Part shown: positions 12,863 to 26,091 of the stretch, piece after piece
Position numbering within the stretch: position 1 is the first letter of the stretch
Layout of the letters: the number at the start of each line of letters is the position of its first letter
From: Octopus sinensis
Taxonomy: Eukaryota
Length of the DNA stretch: 64,000 nucleotides
Reading direction: 5' to 3'
NCBI RefSeq assembly: GCF_006345805.1
Contig: NC_043005.1
Span: forward strand, 44,702,001 to 44,766,000
Position numbers and translations under genes: made by a program
The notes under the pieces: model-generated
What the model saw: only the letters and a program-made list of their open reading frames with translations
Database searches by the model: none
What the model was told of the DNA's origin: nothing

Positions 12863-13699
12863 AGTAGTATTAAGGACTTAAAAAAAAATTTCTGGTTTGA
12901 TTTTATTGCACTCCTCACTAAGTAATAGCAATTTGCACCACACCTTATTTTTCAACGATATGTATTGCAAACAATAGATTTTATTATTCTAAGTTAGACA
13001 ATAGTTTTTAGTTTCATCCAGCATTGCTGGTAACCTATACAAAATAAAGCTTGTCCTACAACATAAAGTATACTAAGTCAAATATCGGGACCAAATACCT
13101 AGTTCAAACTGTTTTAACTATATGGAGATAATTTATAAATTTCATGTAAGAAGATATGTGTGTGCACACACAGACACACGCATGCATAGACACATACACA
13201 TACACACATACACATGTATATTGATATGTGTATATCTGTTTTGCAATCTATCTATATTTCTCTATGTGTGTATGTGTGTGTGTGTGTGTATGTGTGTGTG
13301 TGTGTGTGTCTATGTGTGTGTTTGTGTACATCATCATTTAATTTTTGTATTCCACCCTGGCATGGGTAAACCAGTTTGAGAAGATCCGAAAAGCATGAGG
13401 AAAAGCTCCAGTGTCTGACGTGAGATGTTTATAATAGCAGAAGTCTATAATAGCAGAAGTCTATAACAGAAGACAATTTTCTAAAGTACTGTGAGATTGA
13501 ACTGACAAACACATGCTGTAAAGTGGCCTGCTTTACTACACAAACATTCCTCTGTCTATATCTCTCTGTGCATGTATCATCATCATCCTCATCATCATCA
13601 TTTAATGTCCACTCTCCATGTTGGCATGGATTGGATAGTTTGACTGATGACTGGCAAGCCAGGAGGCTGCAGCAGGCACCAATCTGATAATCTCATCAT

Positions 13700-13905
13700 C
13701 ATCATCATCATCATCATCGTTTAACGTCCGTTTTCCGCTCTAGCATGGGTTGGACGGTTCGACCGGGGTCTGGGAAGCCAGGGGCTGCTCCAGGCTCCAG
13801 TCTGATCTGGCAGAGTTTCTACGGCTGGATGCCCTTCCTAACGCCAACCACTCCGCGAGTGTAGTGGGTGCTTTTTACATGCCACCTGCACAGGTGCCGG
13901 GGGGG
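13700..13905 (-). mobile_element. young RTE 3' UTR fragment
   Basis: CATCATCGTTTAACGTCCGTTTTCC..., CpGs retained, matches the 24950-25140 reverse complement. Confidence 0.8.
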
Positions 13906-15410
13906 GGTAGATAGGTAGGAGGGGCTGGTGTAAAGTTTCAGGCTTTGGGTAAAAGAAAACACGGGTGGATCAGTTAATTATTCCCCTCTTGGATTCACAA
14001 ACTTATTGCAGTGGTCCTTCGGTTTTCCTAAGCTCTATAAAAGAACTCGGAAGGTTGGATCTCTAACTAGGCATTTCGTGGTACTCTTAAAGTCATGAAC
14101 TTTCACGAACCACCTTTAAATCATACATTTCAGAATAGCCTTAAATTCCATCAACAAGCATCAAGTAAGATTTCTCTGAGTGATATCTTACTTAAATTCC
14201 ATCAACAGACATTAATGTCATTAACAATATTGAAGAACAATTCCTTACCTTTAGATTTTATTGACATAGCCTTAACAGTGAAAATTTATTTAAAAATCAT
14301 AACAAGCAACCTATCATATTTCTCTTCTTTAGTTTGCTTAACTCATAAAGCTGAAGACATTCTGGTGTGCTGGCTGTAACCATAGTGTAGTGGTTCTTCA
14401 TTAACAGTATCATCAATTCTATGAATAATTAATCATCATTAATTTGGGTGAGATTATGAAACAAATCATTGGCAATAAGAGGACATTTTTCGTATCTATG
14501 TGCAAATATAATTACACGCCAGTTTACTGGTGGTTCTATGAAACACTGTTATCTAATACACACACATGCATATATTTGTGCATATGTATCTATACATATA
14601 TGCATATATACACATGTGCGCACACACACACACACACATATATATCTTATAACTTATAAAATCAAAGTGTTAAGTGGGGCTAGCATTTGATAAAATGAGA
14701 AGGGTGCAAGGGCAATAGTGTGAGAGGAAACATGGTGGCATAGAGTGTGTGACTGATATAAGGGAAGGGAGGACCAGAGTTATGTAAGTGATAAATATGG
14801 AATGGCATAGTAACATTCTTTTCTACTGTAGGCACAAGGCCCCAATTTTTTTTTGGGGGGGGGGGGTGGCAGTCGATTAGATTGACCCCAGTATGCAACT
14901 GGTACTTAATTGATCGACCTCGAAATGATGATAGGCAAAGTCAGCCTCACGGGAATTTGAACTCAGAACATAGAGACAGACGAAATACCTATTTCTTTAT
15001 TACCCACAAGGGGCTAAACACAGAAGGGACAAACAAGGACAGACATAGATGTATTAAGTCGATTACATCGACCCCAGTGCGTAACTGGTACTTAATTTAT
15101 CGACCCCGAAAGGATGAAAGGCAAAGTCGACCTCGGCGGAATTTGAACTCACAACGTAACGCAGACGAAATACCGCTAAGCATTTTGCTCGGCGTGCTAG
15201 CGTTTCTGCCAACTCGCTGCTTTGGTGAGATAGTAACACTAATAGAATTGTCGTTCAGAGATACACACGTGTGTGCTTTCAATCTCTTTCTCACTCACTC
15301 GCGTCTCTTTCTCTCTGTCTCTTGCTCTCTTTCTCTTTGACTCTCACTCTCTGTTTGTTTGTCTGTCTGTCTTTCTCTTTGTAACACACACACATACACA
15401 CTCTCACAAA

Positions 15411-16890
15411 TCTATAAAGTATTTGACAACGTTTAAACCGAAATTATCCGGAAATAACCGAAGTATTCCTTTTTTTCCGTTTATGAACAGACGTTAAAGA
15501 AGTTATCGTCTGCTAAATATTTAGAGTCAATTCACTTTTCTTTTCACGAAGACGATGTTTCGAGTCAACATTGAAGGTGAAGGAATCTTATTAATTTCGT
15601 TTTTATAATTTACAAAATTATAATCACTCATTCATCTATCGCAAAGATAGAAAGACAGATTTCTAAAGGGGAAATTGTTATTATTAAATATCTAATGTCT
15701 TATGGCGTTGTAACATTCCGTTACCTTCTGTTTACAAAACCATCTAAAGTTTAAACTGAAGTTGAAGTCTCTTACCGAATTTATTGAAAAATATTCAACA
15801 ATTACATTTATTTATTAATTCACTTCTTTAATAAAGTTATGGGTGATGGTAACTGTATGTTTAGAGCTGTGTTTCTTTTGCTCAAAAACAACAGAAATTA
15901 TCAAACTCTCCAGGAAGAGTCCGTACAATACATATGTATTAATTAGGAGTATTTTCATTCTTTTATTTCTAATAGCACGATGCAGGAATACCAAGCATAC
16001 ATGAGTTGGGATGGAATATACGGCAGTAATTAGCCGCCATTAGTGAATTGTACAATGCTGCAATTCAGGTTCATCCCCAAAATGACGATGGAATTATTCT
16101 TTCTCTTTTCACTATTTGTGGTCGAACAGGTAAAGAAAGGAAGGTTTCAGTGTTATATAGTGGCGAATTTGACAACAGCCGCTACGATGGTCTCTTTCCC
16201 ATAAACAATCATGAGCATGAAAGAAATGAAGAAGGAAATGAAATATCACAAGACAGTAAAAAAGACAAAATAATGAGAATTCAAACACTTAATATGAAAA
16301 TTGTAGAAGAAAGTAAAAACCATCGGAAATTTAGGTTGCAAAAAGTGATGGAATACGAGAGGAGGAGGAGGACAAGAGAACAAGAAGGTGATAAATATAA
16401 GGAAATAAGCTTGCAGAGAAAGAAAGAAAATTATAGAAATAAAAAAAAGTACAAGAAAATATAAAAAGACAAAGAAATACGATTGCAAAAAAGGAGAGAA
16501 AAAGGTAGAATAAATAGAAAACAAGAAAGTGAAAGCGACCGAAAAATACGACTAAAAAGGAGAAAGCTTTCCAGAGAAAATCAGCAGAAAAAGTATAGAC
16601 GATTTCAATGGCAAGGTGTAGCATTTAATTATGATCCTAATCGTAATTACGCATCTGAAAAATTGTCTCCCGGGACTATGAGCAAAACATGTGAAAAGTG
16701 AGGTGCTAGGAAGTGGGACAAGGAATCATTAGGTATGTGTTGTTCTAAAGGTAAAGTCCTTTAACAAATAAGTGAGCCTCCAGAACTTATAAAATATCCT
16801 CTTTTGGGTACCACTTGAGAATCAAAACACTTTCTTAAAAATATTCGAACATGCAATTGTGCTTTTCAAATGACATCATTTGGGGCAAAA
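15411..16890 (+). mobile_element. Helitron 5' fragment: OTU cysteine-protease domain plus N-terminal RepHel segment (pseudogenised)
   Basis: A|TCTATA 5' end at 15411; 15839 MGDGNCMFRAV...ISELYNAAIQVH...VLYSGEFDNSRYD (OTU); then TMSKTCEK*GARKWDKESLGMCCSKGKV..PPEL...SKHFLKNIRTCNCAFQMTSFGAK (Helitron motif); stops and frameshifts. Confidence 0.8.
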
Positions 16891-16934
16891 ATGATGTCAT
16901 TTGACATCATTGTTGCCCTCCCCGCCCCCCACAC

Positions 16935-17869
16935 ACACACGGAATTACAATTGGGGAAATTAAGAGATCAGAAATTGGGGTTGGTGAAGTCATGGAAATT
17001 CTCTGATAACCACTTCTGACTCTTTCCAGAGGTATAGCAAATAACCGAGTCTTGCAGCCACACATATGGCCTTCCAGCAGCAATTCTCTCCAGTCAAGGA
17101 TTGACCACAGACTCCAGCAGTATCTGAATTGAACCTAAGGCTCTGTACAAAAATGTTGGATGGCATGATATTACCCTCACTAGAGACACACACAAAGACC
17201 ATCATGGTTTGGGGTAACTTGGTTTTCATGATACATGGGACATCAGATGGATTGTAGGCAAACCACCTGATGTTTTGGGTGTTGTGCAACTGGTTCTGGC
17301 AGAAGGATGCCTCAGCTTGTTCAGAAACTTCTTTGCCTTTGTCAGGCAGTTCTCCTTGGCTTTGGCTGTCAGAATTTGTCCCTTGCACATCTTATATGAG
17401 TGGTAGCAACAATCCTCATTGAGGGCCAGCTTCATGGTGGCAACTCCATCATCTACCTCTTTCACCAAAGTCCAGATTCCCTTGCTCACATCTTTTATCA
17501 CCTTCCCCTGCAGTTGTTGACTGAATTCCAGCATGCAGATGCAATTAGAATACCTGCTGTTTCCCTTCTTGCTGGTGATGGTTCATAGTCTCCATTGCAG
17601 CTGTCTATGTCATGTCTTACAGTCCTTACAGTGTTCACAGAGTATTGAGCAGCAGTCATGATGTTCAGATTTTGATACCTGGCATGAATCATCAGGATAC
17701 AGGTAACTCTTTTCCAATATACAGATGGCTTCCAGCGTTCCATATCAGCTAACTTTCTCTCAACTACAAATTCAGTCTTTATACTTTCCAATGCTGCAGT
17801 TTGTTCACCAATACAACAAACTGTAAAAAGAGACAAAATAAAAAACAACAACTTTAGCTCAAACAGCCT
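16935..17869 (-). mobile_element. maT/mori (DD37D) transposon, 3' truncated and frameshifted
   Basis: KTKLPQTMMVFVCVSSEGNIMP and RIAAGRPYVWLQDS...WLSENFHDF motifs; 5' TIR CAGGCTGTTTGAGC next to TA at 17870; homologous to 40926-42204. Confidence 0.8.
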
Positions 17870-18046
17870 GTATATACATAGTTTGTGTGGCTGTGTGGTA
17901 AGAAGCTTGGTTACCAAGCACATAGTTCTGGGTTCAGTCCTACTGCATGGCACCTTGGGCAAGTGTCTTCAACTATAGCTTTGGGCCATCCAAAGCTTTG
18001 TGAGTGGATTTGGTAGACGGAAACTAAAAGAAGCCCATGATGTATG

Positions 18047-18104
<58 letters not shown>

Positions 18105-18405
18105 TAGATAGATATAGATATATATACATGTATATATATATATATATATGCATATGTCTATATATGTATATATCTATGTGTGAGTCTTTGTGTCTGTGTT
18201 TGTACCCCCATACTACTTGACAATCGGTGTTGGTGTGTTTATATCCTCATTAATTAGTGATTTGGCTAAAGAGACCGAGAGAATAAGTACTGACTAAAAC
18301 ACTTCAAGGTGGTGCTTCAGCATGACTGCAATCAGCTGACTGAAAGAAGTATAAACAAAAAATGAAAAGAGAAAAAAAAGAATATATTGTATATATATAT
18401 ATATA

Positions 18406-19657
18406 TTGGGTCAGCCCATAAATAATGTGGTTTTTTAATACTTATTTTATTTTTCAAACTTAAGATAAACAAAGTTCTTTTTTTAATCAAAAATAGACTC
18501 TCTTTCATTTTCTACAATGCTCTTCCATCTATCTGGTACACTTGCAAGGCCTCTTTTCCAAAATTCACTTGTCCATGACAAAAAAATACTCCTCCAGTAC
18601 TGTTCGTCTATAGAATTCACATTTTTTCCATCCAAATGATTTTAAAGACTGTGGAATAAATGATAATCAGATGGAGCAATGTCTGGTGAATATAGTGGGT
18701 GGGGCATCATTTCCCATTTAAACTGCTCCAGCCTTTGAAATGTCATCCTCGCTGTATGTGGCTGAGCATTATCCTGATGGAAGAAAACCTGTTGTTTTGA
18801 AACAAAAAGATGGTCGTTTCTTCTGCTCAAGCAGCTCATAGTAGATCTCCTTTGTTATTGTTTGGTTTTGGTTTAAAAATTCAAAGTGGACTAAACCTTT
18901 TATATCCCACCAAACAGATAACAACACCTTACACTGGTGATGACCATCATTAGCCTGAGGTGCCGGTGTTTCTCCTTTTCCTACCCATAGTCTTCAGTGC
19001 TTGACATTTTTATAGAGAACCCATTTATCGTCACCAATCACTATTTTGTCAAAAAAAGGTTCATTCATGAGATGTGATAGCAAAGAAGAGCACACATTCA
19101 CTCTGTGCACATGATTAGACTCAGAAAGTTTGTGAGGAACCCATTGACCCAATTTGCTGACTTTTCTGATGGTACGCTGGAGTTGTGTGAATGGTTGAAC
19201 GACCAAATCCAACCTTCTCTGCTAGCTCTTCAACAGTTACGATGGGATTTTGTTCCACCAGGGCTTGAAAGATGTCCTCGTCGAACTCTACAGATCTTCC
19301 AGAATGAGGCTCATCTTCTAGGCTGTAGTTTCTGGAGTCACCGTTGACACTGGCTTGTGCTTATTGTCCAATGCCCATATACTGCATTAATATTCCTCAC
19401 ACTTTCTTTTTCTTTGTTACCTTTATTGAACTCCTAAAGCAAAATATGCCAAAAATCCCCCTTTGTTACTTCAATTATAGCTTTGAAAAAATAACTTTTA
19501 AAATTGAACTGCACTCTTCAAAATTTGCACTAAGAATAAGGACAAGGTAAAATTTCTACTTGGTTTTATAGCAAGTTGATGCAGGTAGTTTATTCCATCC
19601 CACTCTGACTTTTAGTTCATGCAATTGAAAAAACTGCATTATTTATGGGATGACTGT
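18406..19657 (-). mobile_element. mariner (DD34D) transposon, near full length, decayed
   Basis: LGQWVPHKL, IVIGDDKWVLY, FHQDNAQPH and HPLYSPDIAPSDYHLF motifs; imperfect TIRs TTGGGTCAGCCCATAAATAATG / CATTATTTATGGGATGACTG. Confidence 0.9.
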
Positions 19658-20517
19658 TTTTTTCCCTAGGTTTTTTTCGAGTGCATTCAACGTTATCACA
19701 CCTCCAAAGATTTGGCTGCTATTTCTAGCATGCCCTGCTACTATGTAGCAATTATTTGTGATGAAGGATCCAACATACCTGTTACGTGATAGTAGAGTGT
19801 GCAAGAAATAGCAGCCAAATATTTCTTTTTCTGGGGGAAAGGAGCAGTTTACGTGTGATTTTGATGTCACATTTGTTGAAAGCATGCGAAATAACCTGGA
19901 ATAAAACCCCTCGAAACAAAACTCTGTTGCTGGGAAGCTGAGTTTCTCAGTGACCCAAAGGGTCACATGTAGACTAGTATATATATATTGGACTTCTTTC
20001 AGCTTCTGTCTACCAAATTCACTCACAAGGTTTTGTTTGGCCCAGTGCCATAGCAGATGACACTTGTTTAAAATGACACATGGTGGGACTGAACCCCAAA
20101 CCAATTAGTTGAGAAGCAAACTTCTTACCACACAGCTATTCCTGCATATTAATATGCATATATTAATTTTGTTTTATTTTTCCTTGATGCAATCATTGTT
20201 TGGGGAAAAAAAGTGCAAGTTATTGAAATCATATAATTAAGAAATAGAAAATGACAAACTTTTAAGGTTCATCATGTCTGTTATACTTGTTGTCTTCTTA
20301 ATGAGAATTCCACCAAGGTTGACTTTACCTTTCATCCTTTCGAGTTTGATAAAATAAGCACCAGTTGAGCATTGGGGTCGATGTAACTGACTTTACCCCA
20401 TCCTCCAGAATTGCTGGCCTTGTGCCAAAATTTGCAACCAATATTGTTTATAGGTGGAGTGGCTGTGTGGTAAGTAGGTGGTGCTCCAGCATGGCCACAG
20501 TCAAATGACTGAAACAA

Positions 20518-20813
20518 GCAGGTAGTTTATTCCATCCCACTCTGACTTTTAGTTCATGCAATTGAAAAAACTGCATTATTTATGGGATGACTGTTTTTTT
20601 CCCTAGGTTTTTTTCGAGTGCACTACTTGGTAACCAGTCATGCATCATAACTGAGCCACAGTAGTTTCATGTGTTCACTCTTTTAAGCAACGAATCGGCA
20701 TGAAGCCATTGTGTGATTCAGTCTTCCAGAATCTTCTTTTTGGGCCTTTTATAGGACACTTTTGGTGGTAATTGCAGAATGTTGAGGCAACAGTTGGATA
20801 TGTCTCCAGTCTT
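20518..20813. repeat. composite templated insertion (105 bp copy of 19581-19685 plus 192 bp copy of 22314-22505)
   Basis: Direct comparison: first piece identical, second has about 3 substitutions. Confidence 0.9.
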
Positions 20814-21149
20814 AAAAAAGCTGATTTATATCCAGAACAAGAAAGTACACCAGAGTTGTTTATAGTCAAGGTGGTGAGTTGGCAGAATCATTACCATGCT
20901 AGACAAAATGCTTAACAGTATTTCATCTGTCTTCACATCCTGAGTTCAAATTCCACTGAGGTCAACTTCGCCTTTCATCCTTTTGAGGTCAATAAAATAA
21001 GTACCAGTTGAGCAGTGGGGGTTGATGTAATTGACTTTACCCCCTCCCACAAGCTTGCTGGCCTTGTACCAAAATTTGTAACCAATATAGTCTAAATGAT
21101 TTATTGATTTAAATAATATCAACAAAATATCACATACTATGTAATATTA

Positions 21150-23760
21150 AATTTGTTTTCTTAAATTTTATCATTATGTAGGATTAAATACTTGATAATT
21201 TATGACATATATTGTAAGGTGTAGGATGTAATTAACCAGCTGCCATGTTATCCCAATAATATGACAATAACACTACCATTTACTATCTCTTACTGGTTAC
21301 ATGACAATTCACAAAATAATGATTGTGTTTTCATTGCAACAGCAATACACCATCTAATTTCCCACCTCTCTCCCCCTCCTCCCTCTCTTACTTTCTTCCT
21401 CAGTAATACTAATTCTTTTACTATGTTCTCATTAAGCTAACTAAAGAACCACTATATGGAAGATCAACCCACTAGAAATACCAGCAAATTTTTCTCTAAT
21501 CACAGAGCATTATAACTTCTGATATTACAAGATAAATCACTAACCTTATACTAGTCCCTGTTCAATATCTTACTATTTTTATGTTGATAATTTTACCCTA
21601 TTAAATCAAAGAATTCTTTAGCTATATCAATTCTGTCTAATTAAATACTGGGTTATATGATAACATTCCTTTCATTGTCCCTATGCTTCTTGCTTTCAGT
21701 GTTTTCCTCATATCTTTTGTTTCTTTTTTGTAGAGGAGAGAGATTCTGTTGCTGGATGCTTATTTTATTGCCAAACAGCCTGTATAAATTTATCTTCATT
21801 GGGAGATATTTGTTAAGTAACAATGTCTACTAAATTTCTGAAGATGCTGGGTAGGTGATTTGATTACCTAAGTATGTATACCAATTCTTCATTTGGCTTG
21901 TGGTATACTAATTTCTCATTTGGTTTGTGGCATAGTCTAAAATAATAATTACTCAGTCTCAGCCATAAGTCTAACCAACTTAGGACTGTTACAATTTTTC
22001 AGAAGAATTAGACCGCCATCATGATGATGATCATCATCATCGTTTAACGTCCGCTTTCCATGCTAGCATGGGTTGGACGGTTCAACTGGGGTCTGACAAG
22101 CCCGAAGGCTGCACCAGGCCAGTCAGATCTGGCAGTGTTTCTACAGCTGGATGTCCTTCCTAACGCCAACCACTCCGAGAGTGTAGTGGGTGATTTTATG
22201 TGCCACCGACACAGGTGCCAGACGAGGCTGGCAGAATTAACTATATTTCATTCAAATAAAATTTTTTCTCAATAAATCTTGAATACATAGCTATAGCAGT
22301 GATTTGAAACTGAACTACTTGGTAACCAGTCATGCATCATAACTGAGCCACAGTAGTTTCATGTGTTCACTCTTTTAAGCAACGAATCGGCATGAAGCCA
22401 TTGTGTGATTCAATCTTCCAGAATCTTCTCTTTGTGCCTTTTATAGGACACTTTTGGTGGTAATTGCAGAATGTTGAGGCAACAGTTGGATATGTCTCCA
22501 GTCTTGTCACAGCCTGATGACCCAGGAAGATAGTTAAGCCAGACAGCAGATAGATGACAGAAATTTCCGTCACCACGAATATAGTACAATTGTTTCCAGT
22601 TATGTTGGGTCATCCACATGTTGCCATAAAACTGTGAGCAGTATGTCTCCCCTGGTGTGTAATTATAGCTGTTGTTATTTGTAAAAGACCAACATAGTTT
22701 AACTTTATGTGCAATAAAACCTCTTGTTAAATGTTTGCAGCTGTAGTCAGTTATTTCTTCATGCAGCTCAAGAAACACATTTTCATTCATGAACTCAACC
22801 AGCCATCAGCACATACCAGCCAACAAACATACTCATGACATGGCTGTTTATTTTCAATCACCTGAGCACTAAGATATGCTCCCATAGAAATATCAAGGAA
22901 CTCATCCCTGCTTTTCATTTAACCATATTTTATTATCGAAACACACTAACATCAAATTCTTTAATATCAATAATAGTTTTCATAAAATCCAGGTTCTTCG
23001 TTAATAAAAGTTTGATTATTAAGGGATAAAAGTCTGCTATATTGATCTGTATAAATTTATAGTTTTCCTTCTCTTTTATGCCACAAAGCAATTCTTGTAC
23101 TTCAATTGTGTTCCACCATAACCTTTATAAAGGAAACTTCTTTTGCTCTGAAAAATATTTTCTCTAAATTTTTTCTTTGTTGCTAATTATAACTAACTAT
23201 AACTTAACTGGGTTAATTAATCTACACTTAAGGGTATTCTCAAAGTTTAAAGAATGGACTTTATGCATTATAAAATGGGTCTAAGGTGCCAAGCATTCTA
23301 CTCTATCATCTATCTTTAGTTTCGTTGCTGGCTCTTTGACTTAGATTAATAGACTTATAAGCTTTGTTTCTAGACCTCCTCTAAATGTTTGTTATATTGT
23401 TTGATAAAGGCCATTTATACGTGTTAACAACTACTTAATATAAATTCCTTGTTTAATAATTGGAAACATCGACTTGTTTGATTTATGTAGTGACATTAAA
23501 TATTCATTTAACTTACTTTGAAAGCTGTTGTGTACTTTACAGAATTTGATTCTTTTAAGATACTTAAAAAGTCATCTTCAAACTTTGTTATATCTTTATT
23601 ATACAATAAATTTTTACATGATTTGAAGTCAAATTTATTGTCTTTACAACATTCAGGCTCTTTGTTACCAAAACATATGTATATATATATATATCCTCAA
23701 TATTTTTATAAAAAGCTTCACTATCACAAACATGTGTTTCATATACATACTTTCTCATTA
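21150..23760 (-). mobile_element. heavily decayed Penelope-like retroelement (RT region), interrupted by later insertions
   Basis: Minus-strand remnants NFENTLKCRLINPVK, FIQINIADFYP, DISMGAY and YHKPNEELVYIL..SNHLPSIF; many stops. Confidence 0.65.
22030..22235 (-). mobile_element. RTE 3' UTR fragment inserted in the Penelope-like element
   Basis: CATCATCGTTTAACGTCCGCTTTCC... matches 24408-25140. Confidence 0.8.
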
Positions 23761-24326
23761 GAATTGTGATGTCCTTAGCTGAAAAATCTAAATGGTTCCT
23801 CTTCCTCCTCCCCCTCTTTCTCCTCCTCTTTTCCCTCCCCCTCCCCTCTTTTTCCTTTTCTCCTCCTCATTCATCTCTTTTTCCTCCCCATCTCCTCTTC
23901 CCATCCATCACCACCACCATTCTCTTTTGCTGAACTGCTAAGTTAAGTGGACAACATCAGTTTTCAAGTAGCTGGAAAGGGATAAACTCATTCAAAAAGC
24001 CACACACATACTTCATCATCACCATCATCTTTTGGTGTCCATTTTCCACACTGGCATGGGTTGAATGGTTTGACTGGAGATGATAAACTGGATAGCTGCA
24101 TCAGGCTCCAATCTGTTTTGGCATGTTTTTTATGGCTGGGTGTCCTTCCTAATATCAACCACTCCACTGAGTGTATTGGGTGTCTTTTACATACCACTGA
24201 CACATATGTGTGTATGTATATATATGTATATATATATATATTATATATATATATATATATATTATATATATGCATATATATATGTATATATATACATATA
24301 TATATATATATATACATATATATATG

Positions 24327-24368
<42 letters not shown>

Positions 24369-24407
24369 GTATATATATACATATATATATATGTATATAT
24401 ATATACA

Positions 24408-25140
24408 TGTGGTGAAGCACGACCTTCGGACGTTAGGTCTCACCATGGAAATGACTAGAGACCGACACCTATGGAAGTATGCTGTGTGTGAGAAGACCTG
24501 GCAAGACTAGTGAAGCCATAATCCGTGGCCCCTACCTGGGACGTAGTCAGTCCACCTGTGCATACCTTCCTTCTTGTGACACTTGTGAAGACCTGTTGAG
24601 GCAAGTGAGAATCAAATCGAATCAAATCAAATCAAATCGAACCAAATCAAAATAGATGAACATCAATGGAATTTGTATCCTTGTGGTACCAGTGCCGGTG
24701 GCACATAAGAAAACCATTCGAACGTGACCGTAGCCAGTACTGCAATGACTGGCCTCCGTGCTGAGGGCATGTAACAAACACCATCCGAGCGTGGCCGTCC
24801 ACCAGCCTCGTCTGGCACCTGTGTCGGTGACACATAAGAAAACACCATCCGAGCATGGCCGTCAGCCAGCCTCGTCTGGCACCTGTGTCAGTGGCACATA
24901 AAAAACACCATCCGAGCATGGCCGTCTGCCAGCCTCATCTGGCACCTGTGTCGGTGGCACATAAAATCACCCACTACACTCTCGGAGTAGTTGGCGTTAG
25001 GAAGGGCATCCAGCTGTAGAAACACTGCCAGATCTGACTGGCCTGGTGCAGCCTTCGGGCTTGCCAGACCCCAGTTGAACCGTCCAACCCATGCTAGCAT
25101 GGAAAGCGGACGTTAAACGATGATGATGATGATGATGATA
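24408..25140 (+). mobile_element. 5' truncated RTE LINE: end of ORF plus full 3' UTR and (GAT)n tail
   Basis: [33 protein letters not shown]; UTR with (AATCR)n run and ~63 bp tandem repeats at ~24778, 24842, 24905; GATGATGAT tail. Confidence 0.85.
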
Positions 25141-25517
25141 TATATATATATAGTATATATATATATGTATATATATACATATATTATATATGTATATATA
25201 TACATTATATATATGTATATATATATGTATATATATATATATATATATATGTATATGTATATATATATGTATATATATATATATATTATATTATATATAT
25301 AATAATAATAATTAGAGACAAAACCACTATTTTGCAAAACAAACAAGGAAAGACTTAATCAATACATAAAATTTTAATAAAAAGTTAAAAAAACGCCACT
25401 ACAATTGTTTCATGTCTGCAATATATATGTATTATATATATATATAATGTATATATATACATATATATATATGTATATATATATACATAATATATACATG
25501 TATATATATATATATCT

Positions 25518-25592
<75 letters not shown>

Positions 25593-25601
25593 ATATATTA
25601 C

Positions 25602-25634
<33 letters not shown>

Positions 25635-25652
25635 TCATATATATATATATAC

Positions 25653-25708
<56 letters not shown>

Positions 25709-25728
25709 ACATATATATATATATATAC

Positions 25729-25778
<50 letters not shown>

Positions 25779-25905
25779 TATACATGTATATATATATATA
25801 TATTATATATATACATAGATATATATATATGTATATATACATATATATATATTATATATATATATACATATATAATATATAATATATATATATATACATA
25901 TATAT

Positions 25906-25937
<32 letters not shown>

Positions 25938-26035
25938 CATATATATATATGTATATATATATATATGTAATATATATATATTATATATATATATATGTAT
26001 ATATATATTATATATATATATTATATGTATATAAT
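25140..26035. repeat. long cryptic (TA)n arrays
   Basis: About 900 bp of TA-rich simple repeat, broken by a short unique module at 25310-25410. Confidence 0.95.
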
Positions 26036-26091
26036 TAGTGAATGGAAGAAATGGAGTTGAACGAAGATTGTACAGAATTCCTTTTATTACA

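Noticed and set aside
15555-15577. ATG-start mini exon MFRVNIE in a CpG-retaining region (promoter idea)
   Set aside because: Lies within the Helitron 5' region; CpG content is explained by the element
24778-24965. Three ~63 bp direct repeats as a CRISPR-like array
   Set aside because: Contiguous tandem units without unique spacers, inside an RTE 3' UTR of a eukaryotic genome
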